A stretch of 64,000 nt of DNA from Raillietiella orientalis (lineage: Eukaryota). The translations under genes and the position numbers were made by a program. The DNA lies in assembly GCA_036172245.1 (NCBI GenBank), contig JAYWIR010000016.1, positions 2,790,001 through 2,854,000 of the forward strand. Direction: 5' to 3'. Below the pieces are notes generated by a model that was not told the DNA's origin, ran no database searches, and saw only the letters and a list, made by a program, of their open reading frames with translations. Within the stretch, counting starts at the first letter, position 1, and every line of letters begins with the position of its first letter. Shown here piece after piece: positions 13,511-24,450 of this stretch.

Positions 13511-14407
13511 AGGAACTGCAGACTTCTTACTGGCAGCCGCAAGAGAAAGGGAGGTGAATCTCAAAGAGAGAGGGGAAGCGGAAGAGCCGAGGGAGGCTGC
13601 GGAGGCATCGCGGGCCGCAAGTTGGTCGGCACGCGCGCGCGAGCGCATGATCCACCGGGTGCCGTCGCTGGACCCGAGGTCAGCGGAAGACCTCCTGAAC
13701 CGCAGCAGCAGCAGCCGACGACGGCGACCGACCGAGAGGTTCTCACTCTCTCGGTGCTCCGACCGGCTGCGGGGTGATGTCACAGCGCGTTTGTCCCCGC
13801 GCCAGTATCGTCTCCGCCCAGCGGCCGGCAGCTCTGAGGCGACTGCGTCGATACTTTCCGGCGCGTGCGCGCGAGGTCGGCGGCGGCCATGCGGGGTCGC
13901 TGCGGCTCGCAGGAAGGCCGCGCGTGCTGCTACCGTATCCTGCGGAGGTGAAAGAAAGGGATGGGGAGGGAGGGGATATCACCTGGGAAAAGGAGCCAGC
14001 GTCGTCCGAGAGACCCTCATCAAAGTTCCAGACGTGCGGCAGGGGGCGGGGGAGGGAAAGGGCGGACCATTCAGCACTCTCACTTCCCTTCCCTCTCGTG
14101 GCCTCTTCCCTTCTTCCCTCTTCCCCTCGTCTCGGATGGGGCCAGGTCACGGTCTGCAAAAGCCTCTAGAGAGGACGAGGGAGGAAGGGTTTGAGGGCTC
14201 CCGCCCTCCGCGAGGTGGGAGCCCTCGAGCAGATCACCCTCCTCATCCCTTTCACGTCTCTGACGCGGAAGCCTCTTCCCCTTTCCACTCTCCCTCTTCC
14301 ATCGTCACATCTCCCGAAGGACCCGTCCTCTGTACGGTTTTCTTCTGTTCCAGACGGCCGGATGCGCGTGCAGCGACGGCGACGCTGCTGACCACCACTA
14401 CTGCCAT

Positions 14408-15370
14408 ATGCTGCTGACGACGATGCTGCTGGCGATCCGGTGCTGGCGGCACCGGCTGCGCTCCAGGATCGTTTCCCTGACTCTGCTCGCCGCAATTGCC
14501 GCGGGGTTCTTCCTCGCGGCGATGAATTGGGGAGGCTGGAGGTGGAAGAGGATGTCCTCCCTCCACTTCGACGGCTTCGACAACGAGAACGGGTCGACCG
14601 TGCCCGTCATCCCGGACGTCGTTCACATCCTGATCTTTGCCCAGAGCGAGATCACCTTCACCCAGTTCGTGTGCCTGCTGTCCCTCCTGAAGAACCACAA
14701 TCCCGGCCGCGTACTGGTCCACTCCGACCGCAACCTGAGCGGCGACCTCTGGGCGTCCGTGCTCGCGGCGCACTCGGGAGTCTCCCAGGTCTCTCTGACG
14801 CTGCCCACCCACGTCTACGGTGAGAAGCTGAGCTCCATCTTCCACGCGTCCGACGTGGCCCGCCTGCTCGTCCTGATGCGGCACGGCGGGATCTACCTGG
14901 ACTCGGACGTGTTCGTGGTTCGTTCCCTGCGCCCGTTCCTACGCTTCGAGATGGTGCTGGGCATGCAGGACGCGGACACCATCGGATCTCAGGTCCTGAT
15001 GGCGCACCCGGAGGCCCGGCTGCTCAAGTTCTGGTTTAAGTCGTACCAGAAGTATCGTCCCGGGATGTGGTACTACAACGCCGGGCGCCTCCCGGCCGAG
15101 ATCCTGTCCTCCTTCCCCCACCTGGCCCACGTGGAGCCGCACGCCTTCGGCGTAGAGAACCTGGCGTCCATGCTGTACGGCGAGCTGTCTGACCGCTGGC
15201 TCCGCTACTTCACCATCCACCTGCTCACGCGCCACCGCCGCTACCTGAACGCGGACGACTTTGAGCTCTTCCCCGTCCTCGACAGCAACAACATTTGGAG
15301 GTACAACAAGACATTCGGCGCCATGGCCAGGAGCGTGCTGGAGCACTGGAACATCTCGTCGTTGCCCTGA
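14408..15370 (+). CDS. DXD sugar-binding glycosyltransferase (GT32, alpha-1,4-galactosyl/GlcNAc-transferase-like), type II membrane protein, 320 aa, uninterrupted CDS
   Basis: N-terminal transmembrane segment IVSLTLLAAIAAGFFLAAM, motif IPDVVH, and signature HASDVARLLVLMRHGGIYLDSDVFVV. Third codon positions are strongly G/C. A candidate 5'UTR acceptor TTTTCTTCTGTTCCAG ends at 14353. Confidence 0.92.
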   Translation: MLLTTMLLAIRCWRHRLRSRIVSLTLLAAIAAGFFLAAMNWGGWRWKRMSSLHFDGFDNENGSTVPVIPDVVHILIFAQSEITFTQFVCLLSLLKNHNPGRVLVHSDRNLSGDLWASVLAAHSGVSQVSLTLPTHVYGEKLSSIFHASDVARLLVLMRHGGIYLDSDVFVVRSLRPFLRFEMVLGMQDADTIGSQVLMAHPEARLLKFWFKSYQKYRPGMWYYNAGRLPAEILSSFPHLAHVEPHAFGVENLASMLYGELSDRWLRYFTIHLLTRHRRYLNADDFELFPVLDSNNIWRYNKTFGAMARSVLEHWNISSLP

Positions 15371-15949
15371 CCAAGCCTCCGCGAGCAGCTCCGCCCCACT
15401 TCAGGAACCCCAAGCTGGCTGTGCGGGAGGGAGGGAGAGAAACCCGCGGTTTTTTTTTTCTTTCGTTCCGGAGTAGTCCCGGATCGACCCGTGGGCGGTC
15501 GTCAACTTCCTCTCCCTCTTCCCCCCTTTCCCTTTTTTCCGTTCCTACAAGTCCGATTCCCCCTCTTCTCTCGATCCCGCAGCAGCTCTTTGTACCGCGA
15601 AGCGGGAATGCGCGGTGAGGAGAGAGGAACGAGCTGCTCTGGATCCTGAGGGGACTCCGGACCGAACCTTTCGAGAAGAAGGTGGACGACGGCGAGTTGC
15701 TGCCTCTTGAGGTCCATTTCCTCTCCTCCCCCCTTCCCTCCTCACCATCCCTCTCGCGAGGAAGGGGACGACGAGAAGAGAGTTGTCGTTCTCCCGGTCA
15801 CGCAAACGTTCAGGACGTTACGCCCCACCGGTTCGAATATCCCTTTAGGGAGTGCCAGCGAGGTCCGCAAGCGGGAAAGAAGAGAAGGGGAAAAAAGGAG
15901 AAAAAAAAGATGATTGTCTTTATGGTTTGTGGACAAGAGAAGGGGTCAC

Positions 15950-16985
15950 CGCCCGTTACGTTGAGTCGTCTGCACCCCATGCCGGCAAGGTTCTCCTGCT
16001 GCTGTCCGAATGGGCCCATCTCGCATCGACCTGGAAGAAAGAGGTTGAGAAGCGGGCGGCTTCCCTGTCGTTGCGTCCTTTCTCTGCTTCATACCTCGCG
16101 GCGATGATGCCGCGCAAACAGCACAGCGCTGGGACTGCTGTGGCAGGGGAGGGGGCATGACACTCCGCGCAAAGGGGGTTTTCAGGGGACATCACTGGGG
16201 TCGTCCAGCGGAATGGGGGAGGCATAAATGAAACGTCCCCACAATGCCCAGAGGACAGCACAATGCACAGGCGGGTGCGGGAGGGATTTCACTTCCCCTC
16301 AACTTGGCACAGTGCGGCACAACATCCCCCGCATTCAGCGTTTCCAACACCGTGGTGCAACTAGCCGCCTGTTATCTCGCAGAGACTCCATAAGAACGGA
16401 GGAGGCGGTAGACCGTGAGCCGCATCTCTGTCCGACATACATCCCCTTCGACTTCATCCCTTGGAGTCGACTTGCCCCATTCCTCCATCTTCCAGTAGGC
16501 GACTCTAAGGACATATAAAGACGCCTCTTTCTGCGTGACGGCCTGCGCCCCGCTGCGTCTCTAGAAGTCCTCTGCTGCGTGCGCGGCATCGTGCAAAGGT
16601 GGAACGCAAGAAGAGGCCAAAGATGCAGGGACGCCATCCACTGGATGACGATCTCTTTGGAGACGGCGACAAGGTGGCGTCTACCACCCAGCATCAAAGC
16701 AGAACTTGTCAGCATCCTGGATAGGATGCAGAAGACCGATCTAGGCGCCCAGTGATCCCCTCCCTGCCCTCCACTCCACCATATAACTATTCCTCTCCCC
16801 GTTATTTCTCTTTTTGTTTCTTTCTGTTTCAGTTTCCCCTTTCCCTGCGCCTCGGGAGAGGACCTCGCCGGTCTCAGCACCGGCTCAAGACAAGTCCGCC
16901 AGCGTGGGAGAACCAAGTGTTCCCCCACAAAAAACTGTACTCAAAGACTTTCTTATCTAATTCTGTACCAAATTAGAATAATAAA
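15950..16985 (+). mobile_element. 3' end of degenerate L1/Tx1-type LINE (ORF2 C-terminus and 3'UTR)
   Basis: The C-terminal peptide RRLFLRDGLRPAASLEVLCCVRGIV...ATRWRLPPSIKAELVSILDRMQKTDLGAQ* is homologous to RLFLLRDALRPAASSASLCCPRGIV...ATRWPHLNILIQRELAGILQKMQR at ~42700-42930. It is followed by a T-rich 3'UTR and AATAAA at ~16980. Confidence 0.55.
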
Positions 16986-17329
16986 TGCCTTGGCATATCC
17001 GGGTGACAAATATCCCCTTCGCCGCAGAAACCTACTGGAAAGGTGGTGGATTTCTTGCGGGATCCCGCGTCTGCAGGAAAACCATGGTGTCTGGACTGCG
17101 CGCCAGCTCGCTGACCCAGCGACCCCGAAGACCCTTCCGAAAGGGCCCGTACTCTGGGTTGAGCTCCTCAGCATTCCACCAGAGAGAGGTGCCCCAGCTC
17201 ACCCCCTGACTTCCCAGCTGCCCGTTTGACGCTGCTGATGCTGCATTGGGGACCCCGGTGCGCCCAGCGCGCCAACGCCATTTTCACCCGGTCACTCTGG
17301 GACGTTTCTTTTCCAAAACAAAGAAAGGT

Positions 17330-19950
17330 AAACAGGCCATGTGGATTAGTGAATCCACTGGTCCATGAAAATTTCAGGGATAGAACAAAAAGAAAGAAAG
17401 AAAACCACCGACTGGCAGGCCGACTGCCCAGAAGGGCAGGAAGGATGTAGAGAGCAGGACCACAAATAGATAAATAAAAAGGCGAAGGGACGGAGGTCAC
17501 CGGTCACACCCGTTGCTTCTTCCGCAACCAGCTTGTGGTGCAGAAGGCGTCCTCCTTCACTCTGGTTTCCTTGGAAGACCGTTTTGCCACATTCCTCATC
17601 TTCCTTCCTTGCTGGAGAGCATGCTCGAAGTTCCAGGATGCCGTGATAGTTCTGACTCAACAAAAGATTGGGGGGAAAGCGGGCGAAGGTCCGTCCCGCG
17701 CGAAGCAGCGTCTCCGCTTCAGTCGCTCTTCCGGGGTACCTGCAGGGAAGTGGGGTGGCCGCGAAGCGTTTCCGCACGCTCCGAAGGCTGCCGCGTCTCC
17801 CGGTAACGGGTGCGCGGGAGTTTCGATTTCCCCGCAGCGAGTGTAGTTCAGGGGTGGGGGTGGGGGGAGATGCCACTCTCCCCTCATCGTGCGATGTCGC
17901 CGCTGGCTGCGCGAGAAGCCCTCAGCTCAAGTAGCAAAGCCTCTTCGTGCTGCCATGTGTGGAGGAGCAGGGAACGGTCCAGGTGGAAGGGTGAGATCAC
18001 AATCTCCGACGGTTCTGCCGAAAAGAGCAGCCCTTTAAAGCGGGCACTGGACGTCGCTGCGTCTCAGAGCAATCTCTGGCCCGCCCTCCACCGGCTCACC
18101 AACCGCATTGCTCTCTCTGCGAGATCACCCACCCTGCCAGTCGGCAACCGTCGTTTCTCTCCCGTAGGGAGGGAATCGCTTCGGCAAGGGGGATGGCAGT
18201 GACTCGGGTTCACTTCCCGTCCCTTTCCACTTCCACCAGGAAGACGCTGATCCCAGTTTTGGATGGGATGTATCGACAACTCGGCGTATCGGTCCTCGTG
18301 CTGCTTCCTTCCGCAAAGTGTTGCAGGCTGTGGGGAGGGCAGGAGACCCACGGATGTCCTTCCTACAGGTCAGCGATCTGTCTCAGCGGGAATCCCTGCA
18401 CCTAAACTGGAGCTGTACCTTCATCTTCCTAAGCGTGAAGATGCCAAGACCTGCATCCCTTCGTGGCGCAGCAACGTCTTTGAGGCGAACCTTTGAAATG
18501 CTCCATGGAGTTTTCCGCAGGAGGACATCCATCTTACGCCTCGCCTCGTATGGTGGGAGTGAAACAAAAAAAAAGAGGAGGGAGGAGAAGAGGAGGCCAA
18601 CGAAGACGTTCCAAACTGATGCCCCAAGCAAAACTTGCCAATTTGGAAGGATTCCGACACTATTTCTGCCTCCTGGAGGCAACCGGACCAAGCTTCTGCA
18701 GGTCATTGAGGACACATCAAGGTATTTTATGGTGCTGTCCAAGGGGATGACCAAGTGGATCCACACCGTATGCCTTGCCCGCGCCGCGATCGACAGGAAC
18801 GACTTTTTCGACTTCCTGTTGTTTACTCTCCCGTTTGCTCCCAAAGGTAGCAGCTCGAAGAATTCCTCGAGCGACGCCACCGGAATTGACATGGGGAACC
18901 GAAAAAGGTCGTCGGCGAACGCCGCAGACACGGCAGGCATGCGGGGCGCGTGCTCAGCAATGCCACTAGGGTCTCCCTATACGTTCTCAATACGAACTCG
19001 AAGCAGGTGCTTGAGAGCAGGCTGTCTCCCTGACTGAGACCAACGCGATGTCTGCGGTACCCCGATTACGCTCGCTGCTCGTTGAAGGAAGACCTCATGG
19101 GCACGAAAAAAGCAAAAAAAAAAAAAACTTGCTGCAGCGCTGTCCGCCCTATGAGGGGGCCTCGACAGCAGTTAGCCCTCAAGATAGAAAATATCCTGCG
19201 CCATCGCAGGAAGAAAGGAGAGATTTGGATGAGCGGGGACCGTAGCGACAACTTGCTCCTGTCCCTGCCGCGCACCCCAAAGGACTTTTCCGCTGGGCTG
19301 GGGGTCACCTGGAAACCCTCTCGGACGAAGTGGAGATCCCCGCGGTGTTTTCCGACAGCTCCGTGCTCCCCCGGAAGTGGAACGACTCGGCGTCGCGACT
19401 AGTGTAGTGGGCCATCCCGTGCAACGCGCGCCTCCATCACTGGACCAAGAAAAGTGCGGCCCCAGACCGGGCCAGGTGCGGTGAAGAAAGCCATCCCGCA
19501 CCTGGGTGTACGTCTCTGAGCTCTACAAGACACCACCTGTAGGACATCTTCAAACGCCTCTTGAGTCGTGGCTCAACGCGCAGTGCCGACCCGAGGAGTC
19601 GCAGCCCTGTGCAGTGTTGCGTAGAGTCGTGGCGGCTTAGCATCCACAACGTCAGAGGTCGAAGGAACAGGGATGCCTTCCCCTTCTCTGGGGTCGCGCG
19701 GAGATGGCCGCACCGGGAGGGTTTACAAGGAGGAAATTGTCGGCATCCCAGAAGGGAGGCGGAAGACGCCAGGGAAGTATTTGCCATCATCCTTTCGCCT
19801 GACGCCAATTCTTTTTGGAACCCTTTTTTTCATGACGTGTAAGGAGACGTTTTTTCGCTTACTCCCATCTTCCTTTTCCCTGGGCGTTCCTCTCACGGCA
19901 AACTGCTGGCGAGCAGCACGCCCTCCAGAATTTTACCCACTTGGTGGGAT
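17330..19950 (-). mobile_element. Degenerate L1/Tx1-type LINE ORF2 (reverse transcriptase, zinc-finger-like C-terminus and 3'UTR)
   Basis: Minus-strand RT motifs occur in order: LRATPEKGKASLFLRPLTL (~19680), catalytic-like AAFADDL (18919-18908), ANGRVNNRKS, and IKYLDV (18730-18713). These are followed by GACGNASRPPHF (~17770) and a T-rich 3'UTR at ~17380-17500 that resembles 22830-23010. Confidence 0.7.
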
Positions 19951-20959
19951 GGCAATTCCGTAGGGAAGAGGGAATTTTTAAATTGAAACATTTTTCATCG
20001 AAAATCGTGTGTATTTTACAATAAACGCCCCGGTCAAAATACCTCTGGTGACTGCTGAAATTAACATTTATGAGCGCAGGCGATCCACGAAGCCGGCTGG
20101 GAAGCTCACGCGTTCCAGGAGCTCCAGAAGCTCCTGATCAACGCAGCCCTCCATTGCCTTCCGCGAGCCGCCTGCGATGGCAAGGACTTTCGGCACGTCC
20201 GCTCGGACTACTGCTCATGGTCGTCTGAGAAGGCGGGATTCTCCCCGCGGTCACTAGATGCGGCACTCCAGACTTCGTCCGGGAACGGCGAGATCATCGC
20301 GGATCCGTCCCGATCGCCCAGCCCAAAGCTCGGCCTGCAGCCTGGAGTCCTCGTTCGCCACGGTGCTCGGCCTCCAACTGTCGCATGCTGTTCCCGACTG
20401 GAACGAGGAAGGCAACTCCTTGCCCCTTTCTGGGAACCGATGCACCGGGAGGATCAGCTCCGTCCCGAAACGTGGGTGGAACCCCGCTGTAAAACCGTCC
20501 TCTTCCCCTGACGTCTTTCTCCTCCTCCTCCTCTTCCTTCTGACCTCGACGGCGGTGAAAAGTTCGTCGATCGCGAGGGAAGACCCCGAGGCTTCGCCCT
20601 TCGGGAATCATTCCGTCATTCCCTCCCCAACTCGGGAACACCTGGAAGCCATAGGAGAGTCCCGCAGCTTCCTAGAGGTTTGGCCAGTCTCCTGGATGCA
20701 CCAAGAGGAGGAGGGAGGGGGGCCTTTCCGATATCCGATCCGAGTAGAGTCGGACTGCATCGACCGAACCCTTCCTGGAGGAGCCAGGAAGAATCCCAAG
20801 AGATGATGGAATTTCTTCCGTTCTTCTGCTTTCCCTGCTTCCCGTCCAGCTTTTTTTTTTCTTTTTTCGGGATTTTTTTCTTTTTGTATGGTTCTCAAGG
20901 GATGCTGAAGAACCGTCCGCCTCCTCGGGATGGCGCACACGAAGCTCTTCGACACTGCC

Positions 20960-21810
20960 CACGCCGCTCGAGGGGGAGAGTGCAACTCTTCAAGTTCCAG
21001 GAGTCACCCCGGAGGGAGCACTCTAGGAATCCAGGAAGGGGTGCGGAGGATGGAGTCTGTTCTTCTCACTCTTGGGAGGAAAGCCCGAAGGGAGCCACCT
21101 CTTCCTCGTTCTCTCCGGGAGGAACCCGGGAAGGGTCTACCCCTGGAATCTCTCCTCCGGAGGGAACTATCGGGGGGGAAGGATCACTCCTCTTTTCTTC
21201 GCCGGAGGGAACCCGGGAAACATCCACTCCTTGTTCGCTCCTACTCTGAAGAGAGCTCCGAGGAGACGCTTCCGGATTTCTCTGGAGAGCGCTCCCCGAG
21301 GGGGGCAGCACGCCTCCTGATACTCTGGGGAGGCTATTCTCCGAGGGAGGTGCCAACCATCTCATAATACGAGATGGAGGTTCTAGTCCGGATGGGGGAC
21401 GGCTCCATTTTCACAACCTGAGGGGAGACCTGAAGGGAACCGGCTCCTTGATTCCCGGAAGGACCCCGGAAAGACCACCCTGTGAATCCAGGAAGGGGTT
21501 CGAAGGAAGGAGTCCGTTCCTCACCTGCTAGGGAGGGGGAACCCCGAAGGTACCCTCCGGAGGGGGCCGCTCCTCATTTCTTCTGCGGAGGGAACCGGCA
21601 AGGGAAGCGCTCCTGCTTTTTCCCTCTTGGAGAGAACCTCCCAGAAGAAACATTTCCCAGTTTCTCTGAAGGGCGCTTCCCGAAGGGAGCAGTGTCCTTC
21701 TTGAGCGCTCTGGAGAAGCGTCCACCGAAGGAGGGTGGGATTAACCAGCTCCATCGAACGGCTCCCTTTTCCGAAGGGGAACCCCGGCTGGCTCCTTGAT
21801 GTCCTGGAAG
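20960..21810 (+). repeat. Two diverged tandem units (~457-bp period) of the GAAGGGAACCC repeat family
   Basis: GAATCCAGGAAGGGG recurs at 21027 and 21484. Each occurrence is followed by similar GGAGTC..TTCCTC / GGAGGGAACC / GCGCT(C/T)CCCGA blocks. A further fragment is at ~46915-46995. Confidence 0.7.
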
Positions 21811-22824
21811 GACGCCGGAGAGTCAGCTTCCAATCTCGGCCAGTCAACGGGGCATTCGGCTTCCGCCTGCTTCCACCAGTGCCGCACTAGAATAGGCGGA
21901 CCAGCGTCATCCTGCGGGGGGGGAGGGAGAGGAACTCGAAACCCCGAGAGTGTGCGATGCGACCGAGTGCGGCTGCGGCGGCTGAGTTCAGAGGGAGAGG
22001 AGTTCAGAGGTTAGGTGACCCGACCGATAGGTCGGGGAAGGCCCCCCCCGCGCGCACAATCGGACCCAGGACTCTTCCTTGTTCCCTCACTCTCCATCCA
22101 TGCTCTGTGGTTGACCAAACCACCACCGCCAACACGTCAGGTGCCCACTGGACTGCCGCATGGCGAAGAGGTTGCAGCGCTCCTGTCCCACGGAAGGAGG
22201 CGAGCTGAACGCCTCTCCGGCCCGGAAGGGCGAACCGTGCAGCACAGGGGCGAGGGAGTTGCCCGTCTCCCCTACGCGATGCTTTTCTCCAAGATGAGGA
22301 GGGGAAGGACAACCAGTTACTCCCATCAGGGCTGCGGTGACCCCACGCAGGTCAGGATGGGGAGCGAGACAAAGAGGAGAGGGAGGGGGGGAGGGTAGGA
22401 GAGAGGGGGAGGCAGGAACACGCGCAGTCTGCATCGCGCAAGAACTACAGAAGACACGGATCGGCCAGCTGGTGTTCCTCACTCGTTTCCTATCCCATTC
22501 GTTCATCTGAGTTATTGGTCCCCTTTCGGCCGCTTTATTTCCTCCCCTTTCGTCCTCCCGTAGCCGACCTCCCAACCAGTGGCTCGAGTCCTCGTCCCTG
22601 AACCCTTTTTGCACTGCACAGGAACAGTTTTCCTGCCTTGCATTTTCACTTTCATAGGAAAAGTCCCGGCGTGCCAGGCGCCCAATCGTCTGGGCAGCCA
22701 CGCGATGCAGCGACCGTCTAGAAGAGGGCAGTCCGCTCTCTCCGTGCAGGCGCACGATTTCGGGGCAACCGGGCGGCGCAAGGATTTGAACCCGGTCACG
22801 CCGGGACGTTTACCTCAAAAATAA

Positions 22825-24450
22825 ACCACAAATCAGGGGAACAGCGTCCCCCAAACACAAGAGATGCCAGGAAAAAAACGAAAAAAAGAAGCTCAATGGG
22901 AATGATCAACCGGCACGCAGGCCAACTTTTAAGAAAACCCCGAACGGAAGGGAGAGGACAGACAATAAATACATAAAAAAAGACGGAAGGGAAGACACAG
23001 GGGTCTTTGGTATAACACGGTTTCGTGGTTCCTCATAGCGGCTCTGTAGGGAGATGATCTCCTTGACGACCGCTGCGGGGCAGGTGGGGCCACCTCGCAG
23101 CGGTCCTCATGAACGCGGCTGCCATTCGGGTGGCCTCCGCCGCGAGCGAGGCTCCACCACGGATCTTACCACTCCCGTGCAGCGGATGCAGCAGACCGTT
23201 GCGATCGCAGCGCCCGCCATCAGCACCCGCCTTGAGTGAAGAAGCGCCGCCGCAGCAAGTTCGCCGCGGGGGGTCCTGCAGATGACGGATCGCCGAAGGC
23301 AGTCGCCGCCATACATCCTCCAGGACACTGCAGTCCAACAGGAGGTGCGGGAACAGTTCGGGGAAGCAATTTCCCAGGGAAAGCAGGTGCCTGTGCGCTG
23401 GTTGCCCCGGCAATCCCCAGTGCAGAAACAATGGAACATCTACCCAACGGAGCGAGGACATGGGGATGTCCGCAGACAGTGAAGGGACAGAGAGCAGGTC
23501 ACTCCACCGGAGTCCCTTCGGAACGACGACTGGTGCCGTCCACCAACGCGTTCTCGTCTTACAGCCATCGAGGAGTCGAGAGACTTTCCCTGCAATGCTG
23601 CAGGACAACTCCCACCCCGCCGTTGTTTTTCCCGGGGGCAGGCAGTGCTTCGGCCAGGGGTGTGATGCCCATTCAGGACCACTGCGTCCAGTCCTGCAGG
23701 AGACCTCCTAGAAGCTTGCACAGGAGTTTCCGCAGCAGACGAAGTTCCTCAGGAAGCACTTCCAGAGTGGCAACCCAGGACTCCGGTGCCTCCTGCCGTC
23801 AGGCCAGTTCCGGTTCTGGGGGCGGCAGGAGATCCAAGGCAGGGAGGGATTCCAACAATGAGGACAGTTGCCTCTGGGGAAAGCTGATTCCTGACATCCT
23901 GTGTCGGCAGTGCGGTAGCAACGAAAGAAGTCCTACGCTTCCCGCTGAATGCCGGAGAATGTAGCGTGCCGGATGACACCGGTGACCAGTCCGCAATCTG
24001 GCACAAGGGGTCAAAAGTCGGAAGTGCACCTGCAGTCCGATCCCGTGGATGGTCCAGATGTCCGACTCGGCATCCTGAGGCGGCGCCATCAAGTCCTTTA
24101 GTCGGACCCGGGGAACAGAGCAAGGATGCAGGGAGTTTCCCTCTTTCGTCCCATCCGCCTTGAGACGGTGGTTTCAAGTGCTGAGGTCTCAGTGGCCATC
24201 CGGCGAGGTTTGCTGCGCTTTTCCGGGCGGCTGGTGATACTTCGTCCAGGAAGCGCCTACTCTGCGCTCCACGAATCCCCGCGGCTGCGACTCCTACCAA
24301 ACGAGGAACCCGCGCGCCTTGTTTTCCGAGAAGGCCGAAGAGCAACACACATCGAGAAGCTGCTGCACGGGGCAACAGCAAACAGCCTGCAGCTTTTTGC
24401 CCTCACTCGAAGGCGGCTGCTTCTATAGGCATGCGGTTGGTTCCCAGACG
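22825..24450 (-). mobile_element. Degenerate LINE ORF2 C-terminal part (zf-RVT-like) with 3'UTR
   Basis: LFLHWGLPGQPAHRHLLSLGNCFPELFPHLLLDC (~23330-23430) matches the family motif LLLHWGLPCNARRH..PHLLVDC at 42511 and 44302. The downstream T-rich UTR is homologous to the one at ~17400-17500. Confidence 0.55.

Noticed and set aside
17535..18200. Plus-strand RT-like wording (KRALDV...SLRQGG)
   Set aside because: The minus strand carries a collinear RT-zinc finger-UTR series across the same interval, so the plus-strand resemblance is probably coincidental.
12550..21810. CRISPR-like reading of the regularly spaced GAAGGGAACCC motifs
   Set aside because: The repeats are degenerate, the spacers resemble each other, there are no cas genes, and the context is eukaryotic.
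22770..22830. B-box-like GGTTCAAATCC on the minus strand (a similar GGTTCGAAATCC lies near 6611)
   Set aside because: No convincing A-box or cloverleaf; at most a decayed SINE head.
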